A stretch of 64,000 nt of DNA from Ginglymostoma cirratum. Lineage: Eukaryota. Below the pieces are notes generated by a model. It did not search any database. It was not told the DNA's origin and was given only the letters and a program-made list of their open reading frames with translations. Numbering within the stretch: the first letter of the stretch is position 1; every line of letters starts with the position of its first letter. The stretch lies in assembly GCA_024137785.1 (NCBI GenBank), contig JAHRHZ010000116.1, positions 547,421-611,420 of the forward strand. Reading direction: 5' to 3'. The position numbers were made by a program, and so were the translations under genes. This document shows positions 1 to 13,265 of this stretch, in pieces.

Positions 1-399
1 AATGTTGTTCAGCTGCTCAGTGCCCATTTGTTACTAAGCAGCGTTTATTGAAATAATCACTTAGAAATATTTTAACAAGCATTGTTCAAGGCCCTGCCTC
101 GGTTGTTAGTGCACTAGGGAGATTTGTTATTTCTGTTGGTCTGTATGCTTATTACTACGTAAAAGTTCATGCCATTGCACGAGGAACTGTCTAACTTGCT
201 AATCCACATCACCATGTCTCCCTCTGTTGCATTCGCCTCTCAGTTCTTCCATTATACTCAATTCTGTATCAGTTATTGACACATTGTGCATCATTCTACA
301 TTATATAATAACGACATCCCCAAAGACGGTACGAGATGTTACAGTTCTAAATCATATTTCTGTAATTGAAACATTTGATGTCGATACTTGTTAGTGAAC

Positions 400-860
400 A
401 CCAGTTCATGAACAACTGTTATTGCATAAAATGCTGTCAAGATTAACTATAGCACTTGGAGGCCATTCATGAATTTATTGATTAGCAGAACAAATGCATG
501 TTCTGCATTTTCCAAATGGCCTATAGTTTCTATGAGATTGTGTCCATATTAGATGACTTCCTTTGAGCTCGTACAGACTTCGAGTAGTTCAGCCGTAAAT
601 TATTGAAACGCAGTTAAGATAAAAGCAATAAAGACCAAAACTCTTGCCAATAAACGAGCTATTTCATCTGATCTGATAAAAAAAAATGAAATAATTGAAA
701 CATGACATTAGCTACAGATGGCAATTTTAGAAAAAAAGGAAGCATCGTAGCATGGGATCAAACTTCGGTGACTTCACTTGATGGTGACACAAAGCCTAGT
801 TTGTGTGAGAGAATTCAAATTCAATTTTTCAGCCTCGAGTTCACTGTTGTGTGCCTAATT
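400..860 (-). pseudogene. Highly degenerate remnant of the TCR V family seen at 19244-19700
   Basis: Minus strand has aataaattcatgaa (NKFM, shared with the 19.3 kb V). The plus strand at ~830-853 (agcctcgagttcactgttgtgtg) resembles the 5' flank of the 18.4-18.8 kb V (agcctcgacttcggtaatctgttgttgtgtg). No intact frame or RSS. Confidence 0.3.
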
Positions 861-2488
861 TAGGCAATGTGAAAATATCCACCTGGCAATGTTGAAAAAG
901 GAAGGCAATAATTAAAGCCTTCGATCACTGAGCTGCAACTGAGGTGCATGTTTCACATCACAAGTCCTGCTGGAGACTCTTACTTGGAATCAACGATGAA
1001 CACCTCGAATGCGTCTCATAACTAAAGTCGTGAATAACTTCAATCTCACAGAACAATGATGCATGAGTCAAATAATAAGCTCGTCTTTGCAATTTCATAT
1101 CCTTTTCTTGTTTTTTTTAATGACCTGGTAAATAATAGGATTCTAATGAGTAACTTTGTGATATTCTCCATAAGCATTTTTTTTCTTTTTGTTTTCAGGA
1201 TCAGGCTCAATATTGTTCATATCCAGTGTTATCTGGGTATAGCAGACTTCAAACAGTTCGTATACATACGTGTACTTTATGACATTGCTTTGCATTATGG
1301 CAAATCATGGCATATGTTTCCCTTGCACAATGGAATATTAATTGTATATTAAACCTGTTATGCTGCAGCTTAGTAAACTAATACTTACTTAATTATTAAA
1401 TATGTGACATTGATCCTTCAAATTATCTATAATTAAAGTGTTGCTAACATATAATGTGGCATATTTTGTGTTGTGTGAAATTGTAACTTGTTAATTTTTA
1501 TGAACATTTGACATTATTATTTTGATTTTAGGATTTAGTTAATATACGTTGGAAGGTGTCAGTTCAGTTCAACGAGTTTTAACTAAATTTGCATTTTAAC
1601 GTTGCCTGATAGGTTTTGAATTTCGTTTCTGTTTCAGATAATTATATATTTTTATTATTATTGTACGTGCCTGTCGCTTGTAAAACTAACTCTCATCCTT
1701 TGTCTTTAATTTCTACTTGAGAAGGTATTGTTGCAACAGTTGTTTACAGTCACTGCAGTACAGAGAATAAGGATACTTAACAGAAGCTTTATGAACAAAA
1801 TAAACCCAAACAGACGCAGGGAATTATTACAGCAGACATCTTGAGGTTTTGTTCAAAAAAGTTACATTAAGATGCAGAGGGGGGTGGAGATGGGGTATCC
1901 CATACCGGGGACAATGGAAATTAAACCCTGTCAGAAAATCAATCATAGGAAAAAGTAGCGCAGCTCAAATTCTGTGGCACAAAATACCGTAGACTTATTG
2001 GCACACAATGATCTCAAACGATCGTCAGATTTTAAAGTGAGTGGCAAGACGATAGAAAGATTTTAAGATTAATGCATTCATGTATGAATACCAATGTCTA
2101 ACCACACGGGACATTGTATGTCAGCGAGCGCAGGGTTTATGAATTAATTGGATGCTGAAAGAGTAAATTAATGTGCAGAAAATATTTAGAATGTGTTTGA
2201 ATTGCAAACTGACCTATGGGGTTCGTCTCCCTGGCCACAGCATAGAACTTGTGTTGGGAGGAGATTGTAATGACACACGTGTCGACAAGCATATATTTCA
2301 ATCTTAGATATCGAGCAATTACCAATGACCAAACTGAAGACATTCAACATCGATGGAATGGGACTTTTCCATGCCAGATTGCTCGAGGCTGGTCAAGTCT
2401 GCTTGGTGACATCTCGCTCTCTCCTCATCTCTCACAGCAAATTTAGGTCGAATGTAATTCTAGAGAGATGATCATGTGGATTGTCCTG

Positions 2489-2735
2489 ATGCGTCACCTA
2501 CTACTTGGCGATGATACTGTTGACTGGTTTATGTCTCATCATCACCAGGGACATTCACAATTCGATTAGTCGAATTTGTTTTAACAGTAGTGCCCTGTTC
2601 TCCAGCCCGATGCTTGCCTCTGCCGAACGCGATTGCTCAGTATGTTTGACAGTGCTCTTCCCTCTCGACCACTTTGGTCATCTGCTGCCAGAGGCTGGAG
2701 GATTCTGTGTACTCTGTGACCAGATACGACACCGA
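2489..2735 (+). pseudogene. Internally deleted TCR V-like remnant
   Basis: Leader-like atgcgtcacctacta..ttggcgatgatactgttgactg|gtttat, acceptor ttttaacag at ~2588, then FR3-like SLSTTLVICCQRLEDSVY (compare STTLTISxLRLEDSAVYYC). FR1/FR2 are missing. Confidence 0.3.
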
Positions 2736-3086
2736 GAAAGCTGCATTGCTGGCCGTAGCAATTGTCTGTGTTCTGATCTGTGTCAATGTTAAGAAAGCAC
2801 TTCACAGCTTCATCGATCACCCTTCATACATCGTGGATAGGTACATTGGTTCTGTGACATGAAGCCAAACTTTCACACTTCATCTAACTTCCTGAATTTG
2901 TTTCTGCTACAAAAGTTAATAATTCCAAGTTTATTCACATTTTACTTTATCAACGAATCAGTTTCCCATTCACTCAAATTGTCGAAATCTCAGTGAAGAG
3001 TCTCTGGATGTCCCTCACTGATTATTCTCCCAGAGAGCTTTGTGCCTATATGATAATTTAGTTAAACACTGCATTTTGGTCTGAGA

Positions 3087-4020
3087 CAACAAGCGTGGGG
3101 CTGGATGAACACAGCAGGTCAAGCAGCATCAGAGGAGAAGGAAAACATGACGTTTCGGGCCGAGACCCTTCATCAGAAATGGGGGAGGGGAATAGGGTTC
3201 TGGAATAAATAGGGAGAGAGGGGGAGGCGGATAGAGGATGGATAGAGGAGAGGATAGGTGGAGAGGAGGCAGACAAGTCGAAGAGGCGGGGATGGAGCCA
3301 GTAAAGGTGAGTGCAGGTAGGGGGGTAGGGAGGAGATTGGTCAGTCCAGGGAGGACGGACAGGTCAAGGGGGCGGGATGATGTTGGTAGATAGGAGATGG
3401 GGGTGTGGCTTGAGGTGAGAGGAAAAACAGGTTAGGGAGGTGGAGATGAGCTGGGCTGGTTTTGGGATGCGGTTGGGGGAGGGGAGATTTTGAAGCTTGT
3501 GAAATCCACATTGATGCCATTGGGCTGCAGGGTTCCCAGGCTGAATATGATTTGCTGTTCCTGCAGCCTTCGGGTGGCATCACTGTGGCATTGCAGGAGG
3601 CCAAGGATGGACATGTCATCTGAGGAATGGGAGGGGGAGTTGAAATGGTTCGCGACTGGGAGGTGCAGTTGTTTGTTGCGAACTGAGCGCAGGTGTTCTG
3701 CAAAGCGGTCCCCAAGCCTCCGCTTGGTTTCCCCGATGTAGAGGAAGCCACAACGGGTACAGCGGATGCAGTATACCACATTGGCAGATGTGCAGGTGAA
3801 CATCTGCTTAATGTGGAAAGTCTTCTTGAGGCTAGGAAATGGGGTGAGGGAGGAGGTGTGGGGGCAGGTGTAGCACTTCCTGCGGTTGCAGGGAAAAGTG
3901 CCGGGTGTGGTAAGGCTGGAGGGGAGTGTGGAGCATCCAAGGGAGTCGTGGAGGCAGTGGTCCCTCCGGAAGGCAGATAAGGGTCGGGAGGGAGAAATAT
4001 CTTTAGTGGGGGTCTGATTG
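3087..4020 (-). mobile_element. Penelope-like retroelement 3' fragment (GIY-YIG endonuclease + terminal repeat)
   Basis: Translation PGTFPCNRRKCYTC...CTSANVVYCIRCTRCGFLYIGETKRRLGDRFAEHLRSV...LQPNGINVDF, the GIY-YIG domain typical of PLEs; the tail matches 60770-61090. Confidence 0.9.
3149..3176 (-). ncRNA. Minimal hammerhead ribozyme-like core in PLE terminal repeat
   Basis: Minus strand CTGATGA-A-GGGT-CTCG-GCCC-GAAA-CG-TC: CUGAUGA and GAAA boxes, stem II, minimal stem III, GUC triplet. Confidence 0.6.
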
Positions 4021-4029
4021 CGGATGGCG

Positions 4030-4760
4030 TACCGCTGTACCCGTTGTGGCTTCCTCTGCATCGGGGAAACCAAGCGGAGGCTTGGGGACCGCTTTGCAGA
4101 ACACCTGCGCTCAGTTCGCAACAAACAACTGCACCTCCCAGTCGCGAACCATTTCAACTCCCCCTCCCATTCCTCAGACGACATGTCCATCCTGGGCCTC
4201 CTGCAATGCCACAGTGATGCCACCCGAAGGCTGCAAGAACAGCAAATCATATTCAGCCTGGGAACCCTGCAGCCCAGTGGCATCAATGTGGATTTCACAA
4301 GCTTCAAAATGTCCCCTTCCCCAACCGCATCCCAAAACCAGCCCAGCTCATCTCCACCTCCCGAACCTGTATTTCCTCTCACCTGTCCCCTCCTCCCACC
4401 TGAAGCCACACCCCCATCTCCTATCGACTAACATCATCCCGCCCCCTTGACCTGTCCGTCGTCCCTGGACTGACCTCTCTCCTCCCTACCTTCCTACCTA
4501 CACTCACCTTTACTGGCTCCATCCCCGCCTCTTCGACTTGTCTGCCTCCTCTCCACCTGTCCTCTCCTCTGTCCATTCTCTATCCGCCTCCCCCTCTCTC
4601 CCTATTTATTTCAGAACCCTCTTCCCCTCCACCATTTCTGATGAAGGGTCTAGGCCCGAAACGTCAAGTTTTCCTGCTCCGATGCTGCTGCTTGACCTGC
4701 TGTGTTCATTCAGCCCCAAGCTTGTTATCTCGGATTCTCCAGCATCTGCAGAACCTTTTA
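4030..4760 (+). mobile_element. Inverted Penelope-like copy (GIY-YIG C-terminus + terminal repeat)
   Basis: Near-identical reverse complement of ~3087-3765; ORF 4018-4431 RCTRCGFLCIGETKRRLGDRFAEHLRSV. Confidence 0.9.
4638..4665 (+). ncRNA. Minimal hammerhead ribozyme-like core in PLE terminal repeat
   Basis: CTGATGA-A-GGGT-CTAG-GCCC-GAAA-CG-TC. Confidence 0.6.
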
Positions 4761-5984
4761 TCTCTGATGCACTTTGGTCTGATGTTGGCAACAGTCAGAG
4801 TTAGCCTAAGCGTGGGCAACCTTCACCATCCTGATCACTCATGTAACATTTTGACACATATCTCGGTATTTAAGGATTTGAAACTATTCCTTTAGAATCA
4901 CAGGCATTACCACTGCACGAATAGAAACCCTAGCCTGAGTAAATAATGTGGGTTCACCTCAACGGTGAATGCAAAAGAGATTGATGTCGAGACCTTGGCT
5001 GCACTCAATAGTTTATCCACCTCCATTCTGAGCTCGATAACAGTGCTGTATCTTCCTGAGCTCTGATATGTGTTACGTTACAAAACAGCCTGTCGGCCGA
5101 TTTGAAACTTACACTTGAACTGAGATGGAGTGCAGTGGATCTCAGGTGTGGTGTGGTGTTCGTATGAGTTGTATCCATTGGGTCTCTGTGGAATTTTAGG
5201 TAGATCTAGTTACAAAGAACAACGAGCTGTCAGGCATACAAATGTTTACGAAATGTCATTTTCTGAGTCAATGATTAATTATTACGACCAATACCATTAA
5301 CAGGCATTGTACCCTAAGCATGGTTTGTTGTCGAACAGTTGTTTGTTTCTGTCTGTTTCCTTGTCTCCTTCTGCCTTTTTGTCTCTGATGTCTCTGACTC
5401 CCTTTCTCTCTTCTCACTATTGCTTTTGGCTTCTAATTTTCCGTCCTTTATTCTGGGTCTCAACATATTGGCTCTGTTTCCCAGCCTCTCCTATTCAACA
5501 GTTTACGTGGAAATCTAATTTCCCTAACATTCCTATTTCACAGAAGCCGTCCAATGCCAAGCTGCCTTCGGAGGAACATTTATAATTTCCAAAATAAATT
5601 GCTTTGTTCTCAGACAAATATAAACTGACAACGGTCAAATTCAAACTTATGGCATCTAATACATGAAGCGACGAAGAATGAAATCATTGTTGTTTCTTTG
5701 TGTGGATGGCTTAGTTCCATAATCCTAATGGTTTCCCCTCCCAGATATTGTATGGAATATTCGAAGTAAACAAAGACAGTAAAGAAGATTCAACCTGCAT
5801 TTGGTACCATCACACGCACTGAATTTTATCAAAGTAGGAACTCTAAGGACAATGCCAATGCGACACAACCGTGCAACACAGTGCGCCAGTAATTTGAGAA
5901 TTAGGCGATTTCACAGCCAAACATAGGTTACTGCATATCGTCACCAGAGGGAGTTCCAACACCATGTTTGTGTTTTCAATGCAA

Positions 5985-8900
5985 CAAAGAACAAATAACA
6001 AAGAAAATTACAGCACAGGAGCTGACCTCCAAGCTTGCATTGATACAGATCCTCTATCTAAACCTGTCGCCTATTTTCCAAGGATTTGTCTCCCTTTGCT
6101 CCCTGCCCATTCATGCATCTGTCTAGATACATCTTAAATGATGCTATCGTGCCCGCGTTTACCACCCCTGCTGGCAACGCGTTCCAGGCACCCACCACCC
6201 TCTGTGTCAAGAACTTTCCACGCATATCTCCCTTAAACTTTTCCCCTCTCACCTTGAAATCGTAACCCCTAGTAATTGAGTCTCCCATTCTTGGAACAAG
6301 CTTCTTGTTATCCATCCTGTCTATACCTCTCATGATTTTGTAGAACTCAATCAGGTCCCCCCTCAACCTCCGTCTTTCTAATGCAAATAATCCTAATCTA
6401 CTCAACCTCTCTTCATAGCTAGCGCCCTCCATACCAGGCAACATCCTGGTGAACCTCCTCTGCGCCCTCTCCAAAACATCCACATCCTTTTGGTAGTGTG
6501 GCGACCAGAACTGTACACAATATTCCAAATGTGGTCTAACCAAAATCTTAGACAACTGTAACATAAACTGCCAACTCTTGTACTCAATATCCCGACCGAT
6601 TAATGAAAGCATGTCGTATGCCTTCTTGACCACTCTACCCACCTGCGTTGCTGCTTCAGGGTACAATGGACTTGAACACCCAGATCTCTCTGTGCATCAA
6701 CTTCCCCCAGGGATTTCCCATTTACTGTATAGTTCGCTCGTGAATTGGATCTTCCAAAAAGCATCACCTCGCATTTGCCTAGACTGAGCTTCATCTGCCA
6801 TTTCTCCGCCCAACTCTCCAATCTATTTATATTCTGCTGCAACTCCGACAGTCCCTTTCAATATCTGCTACTCCACCAATCTTAGTATCATCTGCAAACT
6901 TGCTAATCAGACCGTCTATACCTCCCTCCAGATCATTTATATATATCACAAACAATAGAGATCCCAACACGGATCCCTGTGGAACACCACTGGTCACAGT
7001 TCTCCATTTTGTGAAACTCCCTTCCACTACAACTCTCTATCTCCTGTTGCCAGTTCTCTATCCATCTAGCTAGTATACTCTGGACCCCATACGACTTCAC
7101 TTTCTCCATCAGACTACCATGGGGAACCCTTGCCAAAAGCCTTACTGAAGTCCATGTATATGACTTCTACAGCCCTTCCCTCATGTATCAACTTTGTCAT
7201 TTACCCAAAGAATTCTATCAAGTTGGTAAGACATGAACTTCCCTGCACAAAACCATGCTGTCTATCACTAATAAGCCCATTTTCTTCCAAATGTAAATAG
7301 ATCCTTTCCCTCAGAATATTTTCAAGCAGCTTCCCCACCACTGACGTCAGGCTTGCCGGTCGATAATTTCCTGGATTATCCTTGCGAACCTTCTTAAACA
7401 AGGGAACAACATTAGCAACTTTCCAGTCCTCCGGGACCTCACCCACGCTCAAGGATGCTGCAAAGATATCTGTTAAGGCCCCAGCTATTTTCTCTCTTGA
7501 GTCCCTCAGTAACCTGCAATGGATCCCATTCGGACCTGGGGACTTGTTAACCATAATGCCTTTTAGAATACCCAACACATCCCCCTCCTCCTTCCGTTGA
7601 ATTGACCGAGAGTAATCAAACATCTATCCCAAACAACCGTCATGTACCTCTCCTCAGTGAATACTGATGCGAAGTACTCATGAAGAATCTCACTCATTTT
7701 CTCTGACTCCTTGCATATCTTCCCTCCTTTGTCCTTGAGTAGGCCAACCCTTTCTCTCGATAGCCTCTTGCTCCTTATGTATGAATAAAAGGCTTTGGGA
7801 TTTTCCTTAACTCTGTTTGCTAAAGATATTTCATGACGCCCTTTGGCCCTCTTAATTCCTAGTTTCAGATTGGTCCTACTTTCCATATATTCTCCCAAAG
7901 TTTCGTGTGTTTCCAGTCGCCTAGACGTTATGTACGCCTCCTTTTACCTCTTCACTAAACTCACAATTTCACCTGGCATCCATGGTTCTCTAATCTTGCC
8001 CTTTCCATCCCTCATTTTCACAGGGACGTGTCTGTCCTGCACTCTAATCAACCTCTCTTTAAAAGCCTCCCACATATCAAATGTGGATTTATCCTGAAAC
8101 AGCTGCTCTCAATCCACATGTCCCAGCTCCTGTCGAATTTTGCTATAGTTGGCCTCAGCACTCTTCCTTTAGGACCACTCTCGTCTTGGTCCATCAGAAT
8201 TCTCAAACTTACGGAATTGTGATCACTATTCCCAAAGTAATCCCCTACTGAATCTTCAACCACCTGGACGGGCTCATTCCCCAACACTAGTTCGAGGATG
8301 GCCCCTTCCCGAAGTGGACTATTTACATACTGCTCTAGAAAACCCTCCTGGATCCTCCTTACAAATTCTGCTCCATCTAAACCCCAAACACTAAGTGAAT
8401 CCCAGTCAATGTTGGGAAAATTAATATCTCCCATCACCACCACCCTGTTGCTCCTACATCTTTCCGTAATCTGTCTACATATTTGTGCCTCTATCTCACG
8501 CTCACTGTTTGGAGGACTGTAGTACAGCCCCAACATTGTTACCGCACCATTCCTCTTTCTGAGCTCTGCCCATATTGCCTCACTGCTCGAGTTCTCCATA
8601 GTGCCCTCCTTCAGCACAGCGGTGATATCCTCTTTGACCAGGAATGCCGCTCCTCCACCCCTTTTACATCCCTATCTATCCCGCCTGAAGCATTTATGTC
8701 CTGGGGTATTTAGTTGCCAATCTTGCCCTTCCTTCAACCAAGTATCGGTAGTAGAAATAACATCATACTCCCAGGTACTAAACCAAGCCCTAAATTCATC
8801 TGCCTTACCTACTACACTTCTCGCATTAAAACAAATGCACCTCAGACCACCTGTCCTTCTGCTTCATCATCTGCTTTCCGCCTACTCTTCAACTTAATCA

Positions 8901-9635
8901 CACTGACTTCATTATCTAGTTCCTTACAGGCTTTAGTTACTATCTCCTTACCGTCCACTAACCTCCTCATTTAGTTCCAATTCCCCTGCCACATTAGTTT
9001 AAACCCTACCTAAACAGCGTTATCAAAAGCAGTCCCGAGGACATTGGTTCCTATCCTGCCCAGGTGTAGACCATCCGATTTGTCATAGTCCATCTCCCCC
9101 AGAACCGGTCCCAATGTCCCAAAAATCTGAACCTCTCCCTCCTGCACGATCTCCCAAGCCACTCATTTATCTTGCTTATTCTTCCATTTCTACTCTAACT
9201 AGCACGTTGCACTGGTAGCAATCCTAAGATTACTAACTCTGAGGTCCTACTTTTTAACTTGGCTCCTAACACCCTAAATTCTGCTTGTCGTGCTTCATTC
9301 CGTTTTTTTTAACCTATATCATTGGTGCCTATATGCACCATCACTGCTGGCTGTTCACCCTCTCCCTTCAGAATGTCCTGCAGTCGATCTGAGGCATCCC
9401 TGAACCGTACACCTGAGAAGGAACATACCATTCGAGAGTCTTGTTTGCGACCGCAGAACCGGCTATTTGCTTCCCTAAGAAGCGAATCCTAGATGACTAT
9501 AGCCCTTCCACTCTTTTTCCCGCCGTTCTGCCCAGCAGAGCCAGCCACGGTGCCATGAACCTGGTTTCTGCTGCCTTTCCCTGGTGAGCCATCTCCCCCA
9601 ACAGTGTCGACACGGTCTACCAGTTTTGGAGGGAG
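5985..9635 (-). mobile_element. CR1-clade LINE, decayed (ORF1 esterase remnant, ORF2 APE endonuclease + RT)
   Basis: ORF pieces: VVVMGDINFPNIDW...SDHNSV (endonuclease), KSPGPNGIH...[21 protein letters not shown]...SKFADDTK (RT), LVRPHLEYCVQFWSP. Several stops and frameshifts. Confidence 0.95.
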
Positions 9636-9639
9636 ATGA

Positions 9640-9925
9640 TCTCCCTAACTCCCCACCGGCACTCACCTTTTTGGCTCCATCCCCACCTCTTTGACCTGTC
9701 TGTCTCCTCTCCACCTATATTCTCCTTTATCTATCTTCTATCCACCTCCCCCTCTCTCCCTATTTATTTGAGAACCCCCTTCCCATCCCCCATTTTTGAA
9801 GAAGGTTCTAGACGCTAAACATCAGCGTTCCTGCTCCTCTGATCCTGCTTGGCCTGCTGCGTTCATCCAGCTCTACATCTTGTTATCTCAGATTCTCCAG
9901 CATCTGCAGTTCCCACAATTTCTGA
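9640..9925 (+). mobile_element. Penelope-like terminal repeat fragment between two divergent CR1 copies
   Basis: Matches 4490-4760 (cactcacc...ggctccatcccc...gattctccagcatctgcag); hammerhead core is degenerate. Confidence 0.8.
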
Positions 9926-9929
9926 ACTG

Positions 9930-12035
9930 AAGAATGTAGATTGGAGGCAGATGTTTGTGAGAAACCATCATATGGTATGTGGGAGGCTTTCAAGTGTAAG
10001 TTGCCAGGAACTCAGGACAGGGAAGTGCATTAAGGATGAAGTATAAGTATGGCAACTTTAGGAAACCTTGGATAACGAGAGTTAATGTAAGCCAATTCGA
10101 AAATAAAAAGGAAGCATTTATCAAGTCTCAGAGGCTGGGAATACAAGAAGCAAGGGTGGAATACAAGTAAAGTCGAAAGAACATTCAGCAAGGAGTGAGG
10201 AGGGCTAAAAGAAGTCATGACATGTCATTTGCCAAGGAAAATCCCAAGGCTGTTTATACACATATAAAGAACAAGTGGGTAGCCAAGAACAGGGAAGCGA
10301 ATTTATGTGTGCAGCCAAGCGAAGTGGGCGAGGTATTATTTAAGTACTTTGCGTCAGTATTCACCATACATGAGGACTCGGTTGATGATTAGTCTGGGGA
10401 AAGGTGTGCAGCTAGTTTGGGTCATGTTTACATCAAAAGGGAGGAGGTATTGTGCGTCTCGAAAGACATTAAAGTAGACAAGTCGCCAGGGACTGATGCG
10501 GTATACACCAGAATACCGAAAGAGGCAAGGGAGGATATTGCTGGGGCTTTGAGGGAAATCTTCATATATTCACTGGCTGCAGGGTAGGTCGCAGAGGACT
10601 GGCGAATAGCCAATGTTGTTCCTTTGTTTAAGAAGCGTGGCAGGGATAACCCAACTAATTACAGGCCGGCGAGACTTACATTAGTGTTAGGGAAATTATT
10701 GGAAAGTATGCTTCGAGGCACGATTTACTCCCACCTGGAAATCAATGGGTGTATTAGCGAGAGGCAACATGGATTTGTGAAGGGAAGTTCGTGTCTCACT
10801 AACTTGCCTGAGTTTTTTGAGGAAGTGACAAAGATGATCGATGGGACTAAGGCAGCGGATGTTGTCTGCAGGAACTTCAGGAAAGCCATTTACAATTTTC
10901 CTCATGGCACGCTGGTACAGGAGATAAAGTCGCACAGGGTCAGAGGTGAGCTTGCAAGATGGAAAAAAGACAGGCTTGGTCATAGAAGATGGAGGGTAGC
11001 AGTGGAAGAGTACGTTTCAGCAGTGGAGGGCTGCCATTGGTGGCGTTCCTCAGTGATCAGTGTTCGCACCTTTGTTGTTTGTAATATATATATAAATGAT
11101 TTAACGGAGTCTGATTCGTAAATTTGTCGATGACACGAAGGTTGATGGAATGGCAGATAGTGATGAGGACCATCAAAGGATACAGCTGGACATAGATTGG
11201 TTGGTGACTTGTGCAGAGATATGGCAGATGGCGTTTAGGCCGGTAAAATATGAGATAATGCATTTTGCAAGGTCCAAACCAGATGGAAAATATACAGTAA
11301 ATGATAGAACACTTGACAGTTCTGATAGACAGAGGGATCTGGGTGTTCATTGACTCAGGTCACTCAAAGTGGCAACGCAGGTGCAAAGGTAATCAACAAG
11401 GTATATGGCATACTTGCCTTCAACGGCTGCGGCATTGAGTTTAAAAATTGGCATGTAACGTTGTAGCTTTGCAGAACATTAGTTACGCCGCATTTGGAAT
11501 ATCCTGTTCAATTCTTGTCGCCACTCTAACAGAAGGAAATGGTGGCTTTGGAAAAGGTCCAGAAAAGATTTACCAGGATGTTGGCTGCTATTGTGGGCAT
11601 TAACTATGAGGAGAGGTTGGAGAGACTTGGGTTGTTCTCAGTGGAATGACAGAGGTTGAGAGGCGACTTGATAGAGGTCTACAATATTATGAAGGGCATG
11701 GGCAGTCTGGACGGTCAGAAGCCTTTTCCCAGGGTGGAAGAGTCAGTTATCAGGAGCCATGCGTTTAAGCTGCGAGTGGCAAGCTTTAAAGGTGAAGTAC
11801 GAGGCAAGGTTTCTACGCAGAGGGTGGTGTGTACATTGACCTCGCTGCCAGGGGAGGTAGTATAAGCAGATACAATAGTGACTTTTAAAGAGCCTCTTGA
11901 CAAATATATGAATTGGATTAGAATAGGGGGATACGGTCACTGGAAGGATAGGGGGTTTTAGTTGTGATGAGCAGCATGTTGATGCAGGCTTGGCGGACCA
12001 GTGGGCCTGTTCCTGTATTGTAATTTTCTTTGTTT
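9930..12035 (+). mobile_element. CR1-clade LINE ORF2 3' portion, decayed
   Basis: KENPKAVY, FKKRGRDNPTNYRP, ERQHGFVKGSSCLTNL, RGDLIEVYNIMKG; 3' tail gggcctgttcctgtattgtaattttctttg. Confidence 0.9.
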
Positions 12036-12720
12036 TTTTATTCCAATAGATACTAGATAGATGATATTGGACTCTATGAGTATCTGAAGGTAGGTTGTCT
12101 GCACTGAAGACAATTGATTTCATAACAGATCCAGTTGGGTGGAGATAGGCAAAGACATGGAACGAACTGGTAAAGTTCAAACTTTTTAAACTGATGTTTA
12201 GTGCTGAAGGCTGTAACGTCTCCAAGTGGAGATGGCATGCTGTTTTTCCAACTTGTGTTAGTGTGTCTGAGGCACTGCATTAGACATGGCCAAAATACCC
12301 TAACTTGCTAAATAATTATGAAATCTACTCTATTGCAATGGAGGAAATGTGATAGTCACGTACACAAAACTTTTTCAAGGGTAAAGAAAGCAATCACCTG
12401 TGTGCTTAACTTTTATTGAGAAATAATAACATAATGCATATGTGAAAAAAATATTTTTAATTCCAAAATAGTGGTAGAGATATTCGACAAAAAAAAGGTC
12501 AGCTGGGACCTAAGTGTATCGACTTAGTCAAATGGTGACAACGGCAGAAATGTTGCTTTCCCTCTATTCTGACACTTGAGAAACAGCTTTAACTCAAAGG
12601 TTGTAAGTTCTTCAGCGAGACTTGCGCTTAGTCTAACTTAATTCAAATGAAAAATGAATCTGCCTGAGCTGCGACAGATGCTTACAAAGTACAACTTCTG
12701 TAGCAGTTCTATGTCTATGA

Positions 12721-12758
12721 AGTTTTTGTACAACAACAGATGTGTCTGAACCATTGTG
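12721..12758 (-). other. Recombination signal sequence (23-type, 22-bp spacer)
   Basis: Minus strand CACAATG - 22 nt - ACAAAAACT directly after the V exon. Confidence 0.9.
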
Positions 12759-13198
12759 CTTCTCAACCCGCAGAAATATACAGCAGTGTCCTGGATCTCT
12801 GAACGGGTGATCTTCAAAGGAAATTTCTTTTCTGAAGTTGCTTGGTTGGCCACAAATCGCCCATTGACAAAATCTGCGTCTTTTTTCCTGCTATTATCTC
12901 GATATAAAATGAAATCTGGAGCCTGATTCGAACACTGCCTGTACCAGTACAGGTCAGGGTTCTCATAACTTGTTGTGTACATGCAGTCTATGATCACACC
13001 ATCGCCTTCCATCACGGTGAGTATTGTCCGAGATTGTGTGACCGAATCTGACTGAATCTCACCTGAAATACAAATGAATTATAGTTTTACTACCGTACTG
13101 TGTTAGAAAATCTAATAACCTCACAGGTATGGAAACAGTTACAATCCGCAACCAAACCTACCCAATATCAACGATAAAATGAGAAGACGATCGTACAT
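12759..13198 (-). CDS. TRAV: T-cell receptor alpha/delta variable segment (leader + V exon), apparently functional
   Basis: Leader exon 13198-13162 MYDRLLILSLIL/g with gtaggt donor, 99-nt intron, tttcag acceptor. V exon 13062-12759 reads GEIQSDSVTQSRTILTVMEGDGVIIDC...LYWYRQ...FPLKITRSEIQDTAVYFCGLR, with both Cys and the Trp present, open frame, then an RSS. Alpha versus delta usage cannot be decided from sequence. Confidence 0.9.
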
Positions 13199-13265
13199 CG
13201 TGGGAAAGTTTCTGCACATCCAAAATGCCACTTACGAGTGGGCAAAGTTGAAGTTACACTCTATT

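Noticed and set aside
3432-4409. 325-aa novel protein
   Set aside because: Chimera of the antisense of one PLE arm fused to the GIY-YIG frame of the other.
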